In this document: positions 48,799-58,132 of the stretch, piece after piece
Position numbering within the stretch: the stretch's first letter is position 1
Layout of the letters: every line of letters begins with the position of its first letter
IMG/VR virus record: IMGVR_UViG_3300037502_002993
Coordinates: 124,001-188,000 of that record
Direction: 5' to 3' (one strand)
DNA length: 64,000 nucleotides
Translations under genes and position numbers: made by a program
The notes under the pieces: model-generated
Seen by the model: only the letters and a program-made list of their open reading frames with translations
What the model was told of the DNA's origin: nothing
The model's database searches: none

Positions 48799-49566
48799 AT
48801 GTCTATTCAGAAAAGCCCAGTGATGGGCTGTACGATGTTAGTGGGGACGACCAAGAAAGGTATCCTCGCTCCAGATGCCGACGGTTATTACCGTGTGGTA
48901 CTCGGCGCTTATGGTGCGTATAACAGCGTTAACATGTTTTACGATCTCGATTCCGCCAAGCTTCTTTTCCAGTCCGGTTCCCCTTTGATGCGGATGTTGG
49001 AGAAAGGGGTATTGCGTGGAGAGTACAAGCACCCCGAGATGGAACGGGGGATGACAGAAGCTGAGTACATTCGCCGCATTCGTCAGATCGATGCGGATCG
49101 TGTCTCCCACCATATCCGTAAGGTGTGGTTGGAGGGGGGACATAGCGATGAGAAGGGTCGTCCGGTGACGCTGGTCATGGGAGAGGTCAAACCCGATACC
49201 GAGTGCGAACACGGACGTAGACTGAAGGCCGCACTGGACAACCCCCATGAGAACGTCTACTTCTCAGTGCGTTCACTGACTATGGACGACATGATGCGGG
49301 GAATTAAGTACACCCGTGAGATTGTCACTTGGGACTACGTCAACGAGGGGGGTATCTACAGTGCCAACAAGTACAACAGTCCGTCACTGGAAAGCTTCAC
49401 TGAAGTCCGTCTGACGCAAGAGATGGTTTATCAAGCAGTGGCGATGGAACCCAAGGCCGTTGGTATGGAGAGCGCTGACACCACCTGGAGGGGGTTGATC
49501 CAGGAGATGGGGTGGGAGTTATCTCCCTGTAATGCCCCTGAGGTGCCGAACTATACGCAATGGTAA
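48799..49566 (+). CDS. Prohead maturation protease (phiKZ gp175-like)
   Basis: LRGEYKHP (His), RVSHHI, YFSVRS (Ser), VTWDYVNEGGI; GGAG SD. Confidence 0.85.
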   Translation: MSIQKSPVMGCTMLVGTTKKGILAPDADGYYRVVLGAYGAYNSVNMFYDLDSAKLLFQSGSPLMRMLEKGVLRGEYKHPEMERGMTEAEYIRRIRQIDADRVSHHIRKVWLEGGHSDEKGRPVTLVMGEVKPDTECEHGRRLKAALDNPHENVYFSVRSLTMDDMMRGIKYTREIVTWDYVNEGGIYSANKYNSPSLESFTEVRLTQEMVYQAVAMEPKAVGMESADTTWRGLIQEMGWELSPCNAPEVPNYTQW

Positions 49567-49580
49567 ACAAAAAAGAAAGC

Positions 49581-49620
49581 GACATAGTTGCCCTCCCGTA
49601 ATGGGAGGGCGGTTATGCCG
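49581..49620. terminator. Bidirectional hairpin flanked by GACATA/TATGCCG
   Basis: GCCCTCCC-GTAAT-GGGAGGGC at a convergent junction. Confidence 0.8.
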
Positions 49621-49630
49621 GAGTTTGCAG

Positions 49631-50101
49631 TTAATGGAAGGTAAAGGTCCACTCACCACGGTTAGAGTTCACATCCACTTCCAAGATGTCCGTAGGACGA
49701 CACCCGGTATTGACTCCCACCTTCTGGCCGAAGTTAAGAGAGATACCGCCGTTGATGGGGACTGTTTCACAGTTACCGCGATTAACCACCACGCCAGTAA
49801 CGACCAGATCATCCGTGGCGGATTGGATGTTCACCGTAGCAAAGTTCATGGAGACGGGGTGGTGGGTCAGTTCTATCCGAAACCCAGGGGAGTCGTAAAC
49901 CTGTGGGATGGGCTCAGCTCCTCCCAGTTCCGCCTCACACTCTTCTTGGGTCATGCGCCAATCCATCATGGCAGCGGTATCGGGGTCAATGCCCCGGGCA
50001 TCAAACTTATCGGCCACACAGTCCATCACGGTGGAGGCGTGGGTGGTAACTGAGAACAGCGAGAGCAGAGCCACAGATGCGAGCGTAATGAATGTTTTCA
50101 T
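49631..50101 (-). CDS. Exported protein with signal peptide
   Basis: MKTFITLASVALLSLFSVTTHA signal peptide; four Cys; beta-rich C-terminus (VNRGNC). Confidence 0.65.
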   Translation of the reverse strand: MKTFITLASVALLSLFSVTTHASTVMDCVADKFDARGIDPDTAAMMDWRMTQEECEAELGGAEPIPQVYDSPGFRIELTHHPVSMNFATVNIQSATDDLVVTGVVVNRGNCETVPINGGISLNFGQKVGVNTGCRPTDILEVDVNSNRGEWTFTFH

Positions 50102-50221
50102 AAGAGGATATCCTTTAAATGCACGTGGTGGTTAAAACGCCTTATAGACCTCTGTAAGCGCTTTTGTGTAGTGGGGGTAGGGCTATGTACCCCCTAACGT
50201 TTTAAAAAGCGTAGAAGTGCC

Positions 50222-50791
50222 TTACAGGCTCTTCTCGGTACGGAGTTTCAGCAGGAACTCCTTTAGTCGATCACGATCCTCCTCTACGGCGATATTGTAG
50301 CACGGTACACTGTTTTGCTTGGCGAGTTGCCAGGCAGTATTGGTTCCCCCTTTTACCGAACCATCGGCATTAGGAGGGGCATAACAAACCAGTAAGTCAG
50401 ACGGTCGGTCTAATGCCGATCCAAGTACCTGATAGGCGTTTCGGGTGTGGGCCCTTAACGCGAAATCACTCCTGCTGTTAACCACTGCGTTCCAGTTGGG
50501 ATGAACACTCGCTGCTAGGGCCTGTGCCTCTGGCCAGTTGGGAAACTGGGTGGCGTCAAAGAACTCTACTTCATCAGCGAGCTGTTCGTTGAGGAACACC
50601 CCAGGAAGAAAGCTTTCGATACGCCCCCCGCCTCGTTTTGTTCCTTGTTCAAAGGCACAGTCGCTGTTCGGGGCGTGCCCACTGCGACAGGTGGCCCCCA
50701 ACTGCCCGAAGCGCACGCCGATTTGATAGCAGTCTTTTAAGTAGTGGTGTGGAATATCACGACTTCCTACTCCAGTAAAAATGAGGTCCAT
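50222..50791 (-). CDS. SLOG-superfamily (DprA/Smf/YspA-like) protein
   Basis: IFTGVGSR, RSGHAPNSDCAFEQG, RNAYQVLG, GGTNTAWQLA...VPCYNI; ATG 50791 with TAAGGA SD. Confidence 0.72.
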   Translation of the reverse strand: MDLIFTGVGSRDIPHHYLKDCYQIGVRFGQLGATCRSGHAPNSDCAFEQGTKRGGGRIESFLPGVFLNEQLADEVEFFDATQFPNWPEAQALAASVHPNWNAVVNSRSDFALRAHTRNAYQVLGSALDRPSDLLVCYAPPNADGSVKGGTNTAWQLAKQNSVPCYNIAVEEDRDRLKEFLLKLRTEKSL

Positions 50792-50868
50792 GGTTGGGTC
50801 CTTACGGCATAAAAGGCCCTCCCGAAGGAGGGCAAGGCAACACACCAGCCTGGTGTTGGGGGTGCGGA

Positions 50869-52893
50869 TCAGGCCCGCTTGATCAAAAGGGCGTTGTCGA
50901 CAAGCCACCCTTTGAAGATCTCATAGTAGACGCCGTCAAGACTGATCAGACGAACGTTACGCCCCTCCAGGGTACCGGCATCCTGATGACGATCCAGCAG
51001 ACCGCGCACCAACTTGTGGAGTTTCGGGTGGTAGGTCTGACTGATCAGTACTGGCTCTTCATCCATGACCACGGATTCGAGCTGCTCACTGCGCCAATTC
51101 ACCTGTACGTTGAGGAACACATCAACGAGGTCACACGCCTCGATCACAGTGTTGTCTTCGTTCCACTCCACCTCCATCATGAAGGGGCGCTTTAGGATCT
51201 GGTGGCTGCGGGACTTGATCACCGTCACCACGTCCGCTTTCCCTTTCCCCTGTAAGTAAGTGTACAACTCCTTGATGTCTTCGCAGAAGTCATCAACCTG
51301 CACTGACATGGAGAGGTTGTCCTTCAAGATGCGGTTAAGCTCTCGCGTCAGGCGCTGATTGAGGACCCGGTAATGCCGCAGTGACAAGATGCCATCACTC
51401 AGGGCTTCTTTCAGTCCTCGGGCAACCGCTGGGAGACTATCGGCCGTGGCCAGCATCTCAATGCGCTCCACGCACTCCTTGTTGGTGCAGAACGGATACG
51501 CTTTGACGCTCTGGTACTCATGAGCGGGTAGGGGGGCATCAGCCGACAAGGTCAGGGCTTCACGGATCAACTCCCGAGCACGCTCCTCATTTTCCTCATC
51601 TGTACTTCCCAGTAGGATCTCCTCGATCAATACCGGAGTCTCATCACTGAGCTTACCGTCTTTACTCAGGTCGATGACCTCCCCCAACCCCACTGTCTCA
51701 TCGGCGTCGTAGTTGAGCACTTTGATATTATTTGCCACTAACTTATCTGTGGACTTCAGTTTCACACGACGCAGCTTCTCATCGATTTCATGTTTCAGGT
51801 AATCCATCCCCAGACTCCAGGCAACGGGGTGTTCTTCCACCCAACCATCGGGCCATTTGACGTGGTACAGGCAATACTGCATCGGGTCATAAGACTCACT
51901 CCACGGGTGTTCGTCATTACGCACGCTCTTCCACCCGGACAGATGGGCAGGTCTGCACTCCACACCGCCCGGTGCATAGATCACATCCCAAGGCCGCTCC
52001 TCGTTGATCTCTACCCCAAACGGCTGGAAGTGATCCGGATCAAACTCGATGTCCTCGATACTGCGTGGGGTGTTCTCATCGTACGTGGGTTGAGTCGCCA
52101 TGTGAGCACTCTCCTGTCCCTGTTGAACGGGTTGTGTGTGGGTGGAGTGTTGTGTGCTCCAACTCTCCTGGTGGGGCGGCTCTTCAGCGGGGGTCTCATG
52201 ATATCGACCCGAAGAGCCCTGGAAAGAACCACCGCCTCCAGGGGCTGACTGACCACCCATGGACGGTTGAGCTACCTGAGCCTGACCGTGGACATTATAC
52301 CCGTGGAAGCTCTGATTAACTACGGTGTTCTGGGGCTGCTGCTGGAACTGCGGCGGGTTGCGGCCATTGCGCAGAAAGGCCTCCACGTCAATGTGAATGG
52401 CTTCGAGGTCTTGACTGGCTTTCACCAAGCCCTGCATCAGTTGTTGATTACCGGATACCATCTGAGCCACAGCGGGGTATTGGGCGGCCATAGAGGCCAC
52501 CAGTCCGGCATAGCACATCCCAACGGCTTTATCCGCTGCAACCTGAGGTGGGTTGCTGTTGCCCTGACAGACCACTAGGTAATCTGCAAAATCCACCGCC
52601 AGCTGTACCCACTGGGTAAAGAGCGGGTTGGCAAACCAGTTATTGGAGACCAGGTTATAGGTGAATATGTGCAGCGGTGATCCTGGACGCTCTGCCCGGT
52701 CCTGGAGCAGTTGACGAAACGTGGTGGTGATGTAGTCGGTCAGATTCCCCGGCAGTCCCCGCGGGGGGGTGAGGCGTGGCCAGACGTTGTTCTGACCGGG
52801 GGCCATGAACGTGGAGCGCTCCGGCACATCCGTCCGTGCGGGAAGTGGCTGGCCGTACCCACCATGTGGCTGGCCTTGCTGGTAGTGTTGCAT
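50869..52893 (-). CDS. Conserved phiKZ-like hypothetical protein (gene after the gp123-like gene)
   Basis: 674 aa with a Gln/Gly/Pro-rich linker. Confidence 0.65.
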   Translation of the reverse strand: MQHYQQGQPHGGYGQPLPARTDVPERSTFMAPGQNNVWPRLTPPRGLPGNLTDYITTTFRQLLQDRAERPGSPLHIFTYNLVSNNWFANPLFTQWVQLAVDFADYLVVCQGNSNPPQVAADKAVGMCYAGLVASMAAQYPAVAQMVSGNQQLMQGLVKASQDLEAIHIDVEAFLRNGRNPPQFQQQPQNTVVNQSFHGYNVHGQAQVAQPSMGGQSAPGGGGSFQGSSGRYHETPAEEPPHQESWSTQHSTHTQPVQQGQESAHMATQPTYDENTPRSIEDIEFDPDHFQPFGVEINEERPWDVIYAPGGVECRPAHLSGWKSVRNDEHPWSESYDPMQYCLYHVKWPDGWVEEHPVAWSLGMDYLKHEIDEKLRRVKLKSTDKLVANNIKVLNYDADETVGLGEVIDLSKDGKLSDETPVLIEEILLGSTDEENEERARELIREALTLSADAPLPAHEYQSVKAYPFCTNKECVERIEMLATADSLPAVARGLKEALSDGILSLRHYRVLNQRLTRELNRILKDNLSMSVQVDDFCEDIKELYTYLQGKGKADVVTVIKSRSHQILKRPFMMEVEWNEDNTVIEACDLVDVFLNVQVNWRSEQLESVVMDEEPVLISQTYHPKLHKLVRGLLDRHQDAGTLEGRNVRLISLDGVYYEIFKGWLVDNALLIKRA

Positions 52894-52920
52894 GGTGCAG
52901 TTCCTATTGTAGCGGGGTGA

Positions 52921-54546
52921 TTAGTCGATCAACTCTTGAACGCCATCAATGAGTTCTTGTAGTTCTGGACGACGCTCTACCACGCCGTTGGCTTTCAAGC
53001 GCAAATAGGGATTCACGCGTGTCCGTCCATCGGGATGGGTCTTGGGTTGATTGTTAAACTGGCCAACTTCTGCAATGCTGGCATGCAGGCGTTTGGTGGG
53101 GTCGGTGATAAACCCTTTGTCGCTGTTGGGACTCTTCTTGGACTTCTCCTGGGGCACCGCCATGCAAGTGATGCGAAAGCACTTGTTATCCCCAGGGTAG
53201 GCGACGGTGTTGATCTCCCCGTGTTTACGAGTGAGATAACGCATCGCCGTTTTGGGTTTGATGTGTTTATTGAGCTCTTTATTGAGCTCCTCAAGCGTCC
53301 ACTGTTTATCCCTTTGCGATTGAAACCGAAACGCAAAGTAGTTGATTGCGGCATTGAGCTCCTCTAGGACATAGCGCAGCACCGTATAGCGCTTGTTGTA
53401 CATGGAGGCCTCTTCGCTGGACCGATGGAAGAAGTGCGGGGCCAGATCCGTCATGATCTTAAACAGCAACTCCCAGAAGTCCTTCACGTCGACATTAGCG
53501 TCCCGGAGCTCCTTACGAGTCAGGGAGTCCAGCATGTGCGACACACTGTCCAGGTGAACCGCAACGTTCTCAAGTGCTCGACCGCGGTGTTCAAAGTCAC
53601 CGGAGATCAAACGCCCAAGGAGCCACTGCCACAGTTCCACATTGTCAACGTCTTGCGGGTGACGAAAGTCACTGGGGAAGGTATCCACCACGTAGAAGAA
53701 ACCTGCCACGAAACGTCGCACGGCTTCTGAATCGTCATCGCGCTTTACCATCAACACGATATCGCCCGTGGGGTGTTTCCCACTCAATACCAGGGATTCG
53801 TAAACCACCCAGCGTTCCCTAGGATATTTCTTACTGTCGAAGTCCTTGGCATAGCCCACCTTGACGTCGACCTTCAACCACTCCTTAAAGGTCTTCTTCA
53901 CTCCCGACATGCAGTAGAAGTAATGCGGCAGGCAGGAGTTGATCTTACGTCGATTGTCAATTTGTGAGCTCTTGACATTTTTCATCTGGTAGTGGATAAG
54001 ACTCCAGAAGACGTGTGAGATCTCGCGCTTGCCGTTGACAAAGAAGTGGTAGTCCTCTCGACGGAAGGTGAGTTTGGTGCGCTGGAAGCGTACGAACAAA
54101 CTTCCCTGTGCCACAGAGTACCCCACATCGGCCATTACGGGAGCGATGTTGTACAGTGCCCCATTCAGCCAAAGTATACCCCCTGGTCTGACAAACGGCA
54201 AGATGATGCGCTTGTCATAAAGGTCTTGTCCCTTATAGCGAAACCGCAGCTTGATCATAAACTCATCACTTTGAGCGATGTTGGCTTTGCGTTTGGACTT
54301 GTACTCCTTGGTGACTTCTTCAAACTGTTCCTGGGGACTGCAGGGTGCTGACCCCACATACTCAAATCCTTCAGGAAAGAAGTCGGTGTTGATACGAACC
54401 AGTTCATCAATGTACTTGATCATCGAGAGGGTAAAGTCATCGTCAGATGCCTTTCCCATCATGTGCTCGACAGCGAGGCCATTGGTGATTGTCCGGTTAA
54501 AGTCTGGGGTAAGTCGATCGATCTGTTCGAGTAGATAGCGATCCAC
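52921..54546 (-). CDS. rpoB: Non-virion RNA polymerase beta subunit, N-terminal part (phiKZ gp123-like)
   Basis: LPFVRPGGILWLNGALYNIAPVMAD and LHASIAEVG as recalled for gp123; likely GTG start at 54546 with CAGGAG SD; synteny with capsid and DnaB. Confidence 0.78.
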   Translation of the reverse strand: MDRYLLEQIDRLTPDFNRTITNGLAVEHMMGKASDDDFTLSMIKYIDELVRINTDFFPEGFEYVGSAPCSPQEQFEEVTKEYKSKRKANIAQSDEFMIKLRFRYKGQDLYDKRIILPFVRPGGILWLNGALYNIAPVMADVGYSVAQGSLFVRFQRTKLTFRREDYHFFVNGKREISHVFWSLIHYQMKNVKSSQIDNRRKINSCLPHYFYCMSGVKKTFKEWLKVDVKVGYAKDFDSKKYPRERWVVYESLVLSGKHPTGDIVLMVKRDDDSEAVRRFVAGFFYVVDTFPSDFRHPQDVDNVELWQWLLGRLISGDFEHRGRALENVAVHLDSVSHMLDSLTRKELRDANVDVKDFWELLFKIMTDLAPHFFHRSSEEASMYNKRYTVLRYVLEELNAAINYFAFRFQSQRDKQWTLEELNKELNKHIKPKTAMRYLTRKHGEINTVAYPGDNKCFRITCMAVPQEKSKKSPNSDKGFITDPTKRLHASIAEVGQFNNQPKTHPDGRTRVNPYLRLKANGVVERRPELQELIDGVQELID

Positions 54547-54569
54547 GAAGCTCTCCTGCGATTCTTGGG

Positions 54570-55817
54570 TTACGCCTGTCGTCCCCGTAGGTATTTGATG
54601 GCACTGGCGACCAGTCCACTGACGATGATGATGCCTGCAATCAACTCCTTGGAGTTTTTCAGGAACTCCCCGACCTGACGCCATCTGGCATTGCGTTGGT
54701 CGCGTTCCATTTGTAATAATCGAAACTGACGATCCTTCTCTTTCAATTCCTCTTCCTTCTCCCGCATGCGCTCTTTGAACTCGCGTTCGCGCTCCTTCTC
54801 CTGGTATTCACTTTCCCGCCGCTTGTCTTCAAGATCCCGTCGCTCTAACTCCCACTCCCGCTTGTCTTTCTCATACTGGATTTTTCGTTCCAGTTCTTCG
54901 CGTTCCAAGCGTTTGAGGCGCTGTTTCAGCTCAAGCTCTTCAATCTTCTCGCGGCGTTTCATCACCTCATCGGGACTGCCCAGGGTCTCCGCTTGTGCCT
55001 TGGTGGCATAGAACCCGTTATCAGGTGTGATCTCACGAAAGTGTACCGTGTGGTTACGTTTCGGGTTAACCCCGCCATCTGTTACCGTACGGTATACCCC
55101 ATCCTCAAGAGTGGGGTCTGCCGTGGGGATGAGTTCTCGCACCTCTCGACCATCATGCAGCCACACACTGCCGCACATACCACGATTGTCCACGTAGTAG
55201 TACTGTGTCGTGACTTCATTGTAGCGTTTGGTGATATCCAGAAGTCGTTTTGCCTGACCCTCACGTGAATAGGGATGCGGTACCTCATGGAGGAGCTCAG
55301 AAACCCCCACGATCAAGTCCAGGTCTTTCAGATAGATCACGCCATCGGCTTCCAGTATCATGGCCAGTGGGACAAAGAGTTCGTACTCAAATCCCGCTGA
55401 CGCACTCACCCTCCGGGCATTGGGGTGATTGGGGTACCCCCCGTACTCGCTTGGGGCTCCGATGGTGTATACCGTTCCAATGATGCGATTGATCTCTGAC
55501 TTGAGGCGTTTGTTCTCCTCATTGGTTCTGAAGTGTTTAGTGCGGTCTATCTCATTCAGTAGTCCCTCAGGGTGAACTACCGCATGGGAGGCGAAGCTAT
55601 AGCTGACTCGAATGACGATTCCCTCGTCACCAAAACAGCCTGCGACGCCGTCCATCATAACGGCCATACCTAAAGCATTCTTCCAGAACAGCTGTCGTCT
55701 TGCGGTGCTCCAGATAGAAAGGGTGTGTCCGCATTGGTTCCAAGTTCCCCTTGCCGTCTCCCCCCCAATGCGGGGGGGGACCGATACCGTCGGGAAGCGA
55801 TGGTTGATGTTACGCAT
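54570..55817 (-). CDS. Conserved hypothetical protein with charged coiled coil and C-terminal hydrophobic helix
   Basis: 415 aa; E/K/R-rich stretch then LIAGIIIVSGLVASAI. Confidence 0.7.
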   Translation of the reverse strand: MRNINHRFPTVSVPPRIGGETARGTWNQCGHTLSIWSTARRQLFWKNALGMAVMMDGVAGCFGDEGIVIRVSYSFASHAVVHPEGLLNEIDRTKHFRTNEENKRLKSEINRIIGTVYTIGAPSEYGGYPNHPNARRVSASAGFEYELFVPLAMILEADGVIYLKDLDLIVGVSELLHEVPHPYSREGQAKRLLDITKRYNEVTTQYYYVDNRGMCGSVWLHDGREVRELIPTADPTLEDGVYRTVTDGGVNPKRNHTVHFREITPDNGFYATKAQAETLGSPDEVMKRREKIEELELKQRLKRLEREELERKIQYEKDKREWELERRDLEDKRRESEYQEKEREREFKERMREKEEELKEKDRQFRLLQMERDQRNARWRQVGEFLKNSKELIAGIIIVSGLVASAIKYLRGRQA

Positions 55818-55838
55818 GACGTCGCTCCTGACGGTCAG

Positions 55839-56792
55839 TTAGTAAAAGAGACTCTCTCCGTTATAGCGGACATTGAGGAGGTGGAGTTCGTCGAGGCCAA
55901 CCGTTTGAATCGCCCGGCGTTTCTTCTTGCGCTTTTGGCTTTTTGAAACTGGCGACTGAACACCGCCTTTGGAGTGTCCTCCAGCCGGTCCGACCTTGGG
56001 TCGAGTGGGGCGGCTGGTATTATCCCCTCCCGACCGGGGGCTTTTTTGCTGATCTTCCCCGGACGGAGATACGGGGCTTGACTGCGTTCCGCTCTCCAGC
56101 GCATGCACGTCTCCGGTAGTAACTGGCTGGGGGGAGGGTTGGCTCTCCTGGGAGTCGGTCCGCACACTGTGGATGGTAGCGTGGGACCGATCGACAAAAG
56201 GGCCAACATCGTCCGTGTAGACGATCTCAGGGGTGATCTCGGCCACCTTGGCGTGAGCACAGTAGGCCCAGGTGGCGTAGTGGACCTTAAGGGTCTCTCC
56301 AGTAGCCAAGCTGCGGCACTTGCGCTTCCATTCCTTGATGACGACCTTAGGGATACCAAAGGCCTTACCTAACTCGTCCCCCAGTACCGCAATGTCACGC
56401 CGGGTGGTCTTTGCTTTGGTAGTGAGTGTCCAGGTAACCCCTTTAAGGATGGTGATGGAGCGGCGGGCATCATCCACCTTACGGAAAGGCTCTCGCTGGA
56501 TGTGCCAATCCAAATGGGCCAGAAGCTCCTCATCCCGCACCGCTTTCTTTTCACACTCCTGCGCCTGCGGGACTTCCTCTTCCTTAGGGGACTCTTCAGC
56601 CGGTGTCACCTCCCCATCACCCGCCGTTGGGGTAGATGGAGGTGGCGTAGGGCCCTGACCTCCATCCTCGTTGTCATCCCGACGGTAGGTGCCAATGGCA
56701 ATGCCATCCGGTCCCTGGGGGCGTTTTATATACCCCACTGCCAGGGTACCCAGCGCTACTGCACCTAATGCGAGTTTTGCATAGAGGTTCAT
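55839..56792 (-). CDS. Membrane-anchored low-complexity protein of unknown function
   Basis: N-terminal hydrophobic helix; Pro/Glu/Ser-rich linkers; GGAG SD. Confidence 0.65.
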   Translation of the reverse strand: MNLYAKLALGAVALGTLAVGYIKRPQGPDGIAIGTYRRDDNEDGGQGPTPPPSTPTAGDGEVTPAEESPKEEEVPQAQECEKKAVRDEELLAHLDWHIQREPFRKVDDARRSITILKGVTWTLTTKAKTTRRDIAVLGDELGKAFGIPKVVIKEWKRKCRSLATGETLKVHYATWAYCAHAKVAEITPEIVYTDDVGPFVDRSHATIHSVRTDSQESQPSPQPVTTGDVHALESGTQSSPVSPSGEDQQKSPRSGGDNTSRPTRPKVGPAGGHSKGGVQSPVSKSQKRKKKRRAIQTVGLDELHLLNVRYNGESLFY

Positions 56793-56899
56793 GGTCTACA
56801 TCTCCAAGACATATTGATTGACACTCCCCCTACTTTAGGAGGGGGTTTTACGGCCACAACTGATAAAGGGAACTGATCAGGTTCCCATAGCTCCTGGAT

Positions 56900-56914
56900 G
56901 ATGTAGATGTGAAA
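56900..56914 (-). promoter_or_regulatory. Candidate phage promoter motif TTTCACATCTACATC
   Basis: 14/15 identical to 58118..58132; both lie upstream of minus-strand accessory genes. Confidence 0.4.
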
Positions 56915-57157
56915 TCTGTTTCCATGCATAGGGCATAATACCAGCCCTTTAGAGGCTGGCTTCTATTGGTTTGCTTCTATTCAGTAAAATACTGCTATGT
57001 TTCCATCATAAGAGGGGGGTTTATTTATAAAAGAATAAAAGGGGGCCCTCCAGGCCCCCCGAAACAGGGCTCTCCTTCGCTTTCGCTCAGTCGGCTTTTA
57101 TCCAAATTATAAATATTTTCAGTATTTTTCTACATCAAAAGAAAAACGAATAAGGAG

Positions 57158-57350
57158 GATTGAGCATAAAGCTCAATCGAATCTAGAAGGTCAAAAGCCT
57201 GTACGGTGTCTTCAACAACGGATTGTCCTCAAAGATGGGATCAACCCAATGAGGACAATCCGATTGTTTATTCATCGAAACCCCTTAGTTGTGCTAACGC
57301 ACCTTACCAAGGGCTGGGAGTGACGCCGCGGCCCGGCGCGCGGATTTTCA
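57158..57350. ncRNA. Candidate structured non-coding RNA
   Basis: Perfect 8 bp (57158..57178) and 13 bp (57219..57262) stems plus further hairpins in a region with no ORF in the track. Confidence 0.3.
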
Positions 57351-57545
57351 GGCTAAAGTAAGGACAGTGCTATAGTCCAATGATATCCCCCCTGACTGAT
57401 AAGGATTATGTTGTTATGAATGAGAGCGGGTTGACGTTTGCCACTATTGAAGATCTGGCTAAGGCACTCGATGAGGCCTTACGGGAGTATTAAGACACTG
57501 TTGGCTCAGTAGCTGTTATAGTAAACAAAAAAGAATAGCAAGCAT

Positions 57546-57576
57546 CAGGGGACCCCGAAGGGTCCCTGTTTATGTC
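57546..57576. terminator. Hairpin followed by TATGTC
   Basis: GGGACCC-CGAA-GGGTCCC stem. Confidence 0.75.
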
Positions 57577-57586
57577 GTCGATGTGA

Positions 57587-57805
57587 TCACTCTTCTGACT
57601 GGATTGCCTCGCTAAAACAGACGCCAGCTAAGGCTACACCCACCACCCCACTTACCCCTGTCAGGACATAACCTTTAATCGCTTCTGTGCGAGTGATGAG
57701 GCCAGCCTTTTGCATTTTGTGGATGCGCTTGGCAGCCATGCCGGACATACCAACCAAACCCAGGCTACCGATACCGGTTGCCGCATTCGTGATACGATTC
57801 AACAT
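57587..57805 (-). CDS. Small two-helix membrane protein, paralogue A
   Basis: AAGGAG SD; hydrophobic - KAGLITRTEA - hydrophobic. Confidence 0.7.
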   Translation of the reverse strand: MLNRITNAATGIGSLGLVGMSGMAAKRIHKMQKAGLITRTEAIKGYVLTGVSGVVGVALAGVCFSEAIQSEE

Positions 57806-57851
57806 GATACTCTCCTTCCTTTTGATTTTTCGAAAGTGTTCAGGGGATGGA

Positions 57852-58067
57852 TCAATCCCCGTTCACCATGTCCTTAATGGACACCACCACACCTGTCGCA
57901 TTGGCCACGGTCAGTGAGCCAAAGGTGGCGTAGAGAAGGACCCCCTCCGTCCGACTGATCACGCCTGCTTTACGCAACTTGCGGGTGCGGCGTACACCGT
58001 CGACAGACAGTGCAGTGCAGACAGAACCGATGGTGATGCCGATGGCATTTCCGATGACGTTGTTCAT
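57852..58067 (-). CDS. Small two-helix membrane protein, paralogue B
   Basis: GGAG SD; hydrophobic - KAGVISRTEG - hydrophobic. Confidence 0.7.
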   Translation of the reverse strand: MNNVIGNAIGITIGSVCTALSVDGVRRTRKLRKAGVISRTEGVLLYATFGSLTVANATGVVVSIKDMVNGD

Positions 58068-58105
58068 GGTAACTCTCCAGGACTTTTTGATTTTTCGTGG
58101 TGGGA

Positions 58106-58132
58106 TTTCACATTCAGGATATAGATGTGAAA
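58106..58132. promoter_or_regulatory. Inverted repeat TTTCACAT-N11-ATGTGAAA overlapping the candidate promoter motif
   Basis: Seen directly at 58106..58113 and 58125..58132. Confidence 0.4.

Noticed and set aside
54547-54684. Longer N-terminus for the nvRNAP beta ORF
   Set aside because: It overlaps the upstream gene's 3' end; GTG 54546 has a good SD.
57098-57106. DnaA-box-like TTATCCAAA
   Set aside because: A single, mismatched copy in an AT-rich tract; expected by chance.
57390-57405. Hammerhead-like CTGATAAG and intron-S-like TATAGTCC nearby
   Set aside because: CUGANGA is not matched and no other core elements are present.
56793-57586. tRNA genes in the large intergenic region
   Set aside because: No T-loop (GTTCRA) with a cloverleaf found by eye; tRNAscan-SE would be decisive.
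58106-58132. CRP site
   Set aside because: Half-sites are in the opposite arrangement and spacing to TGTGA-N6-TCACA.
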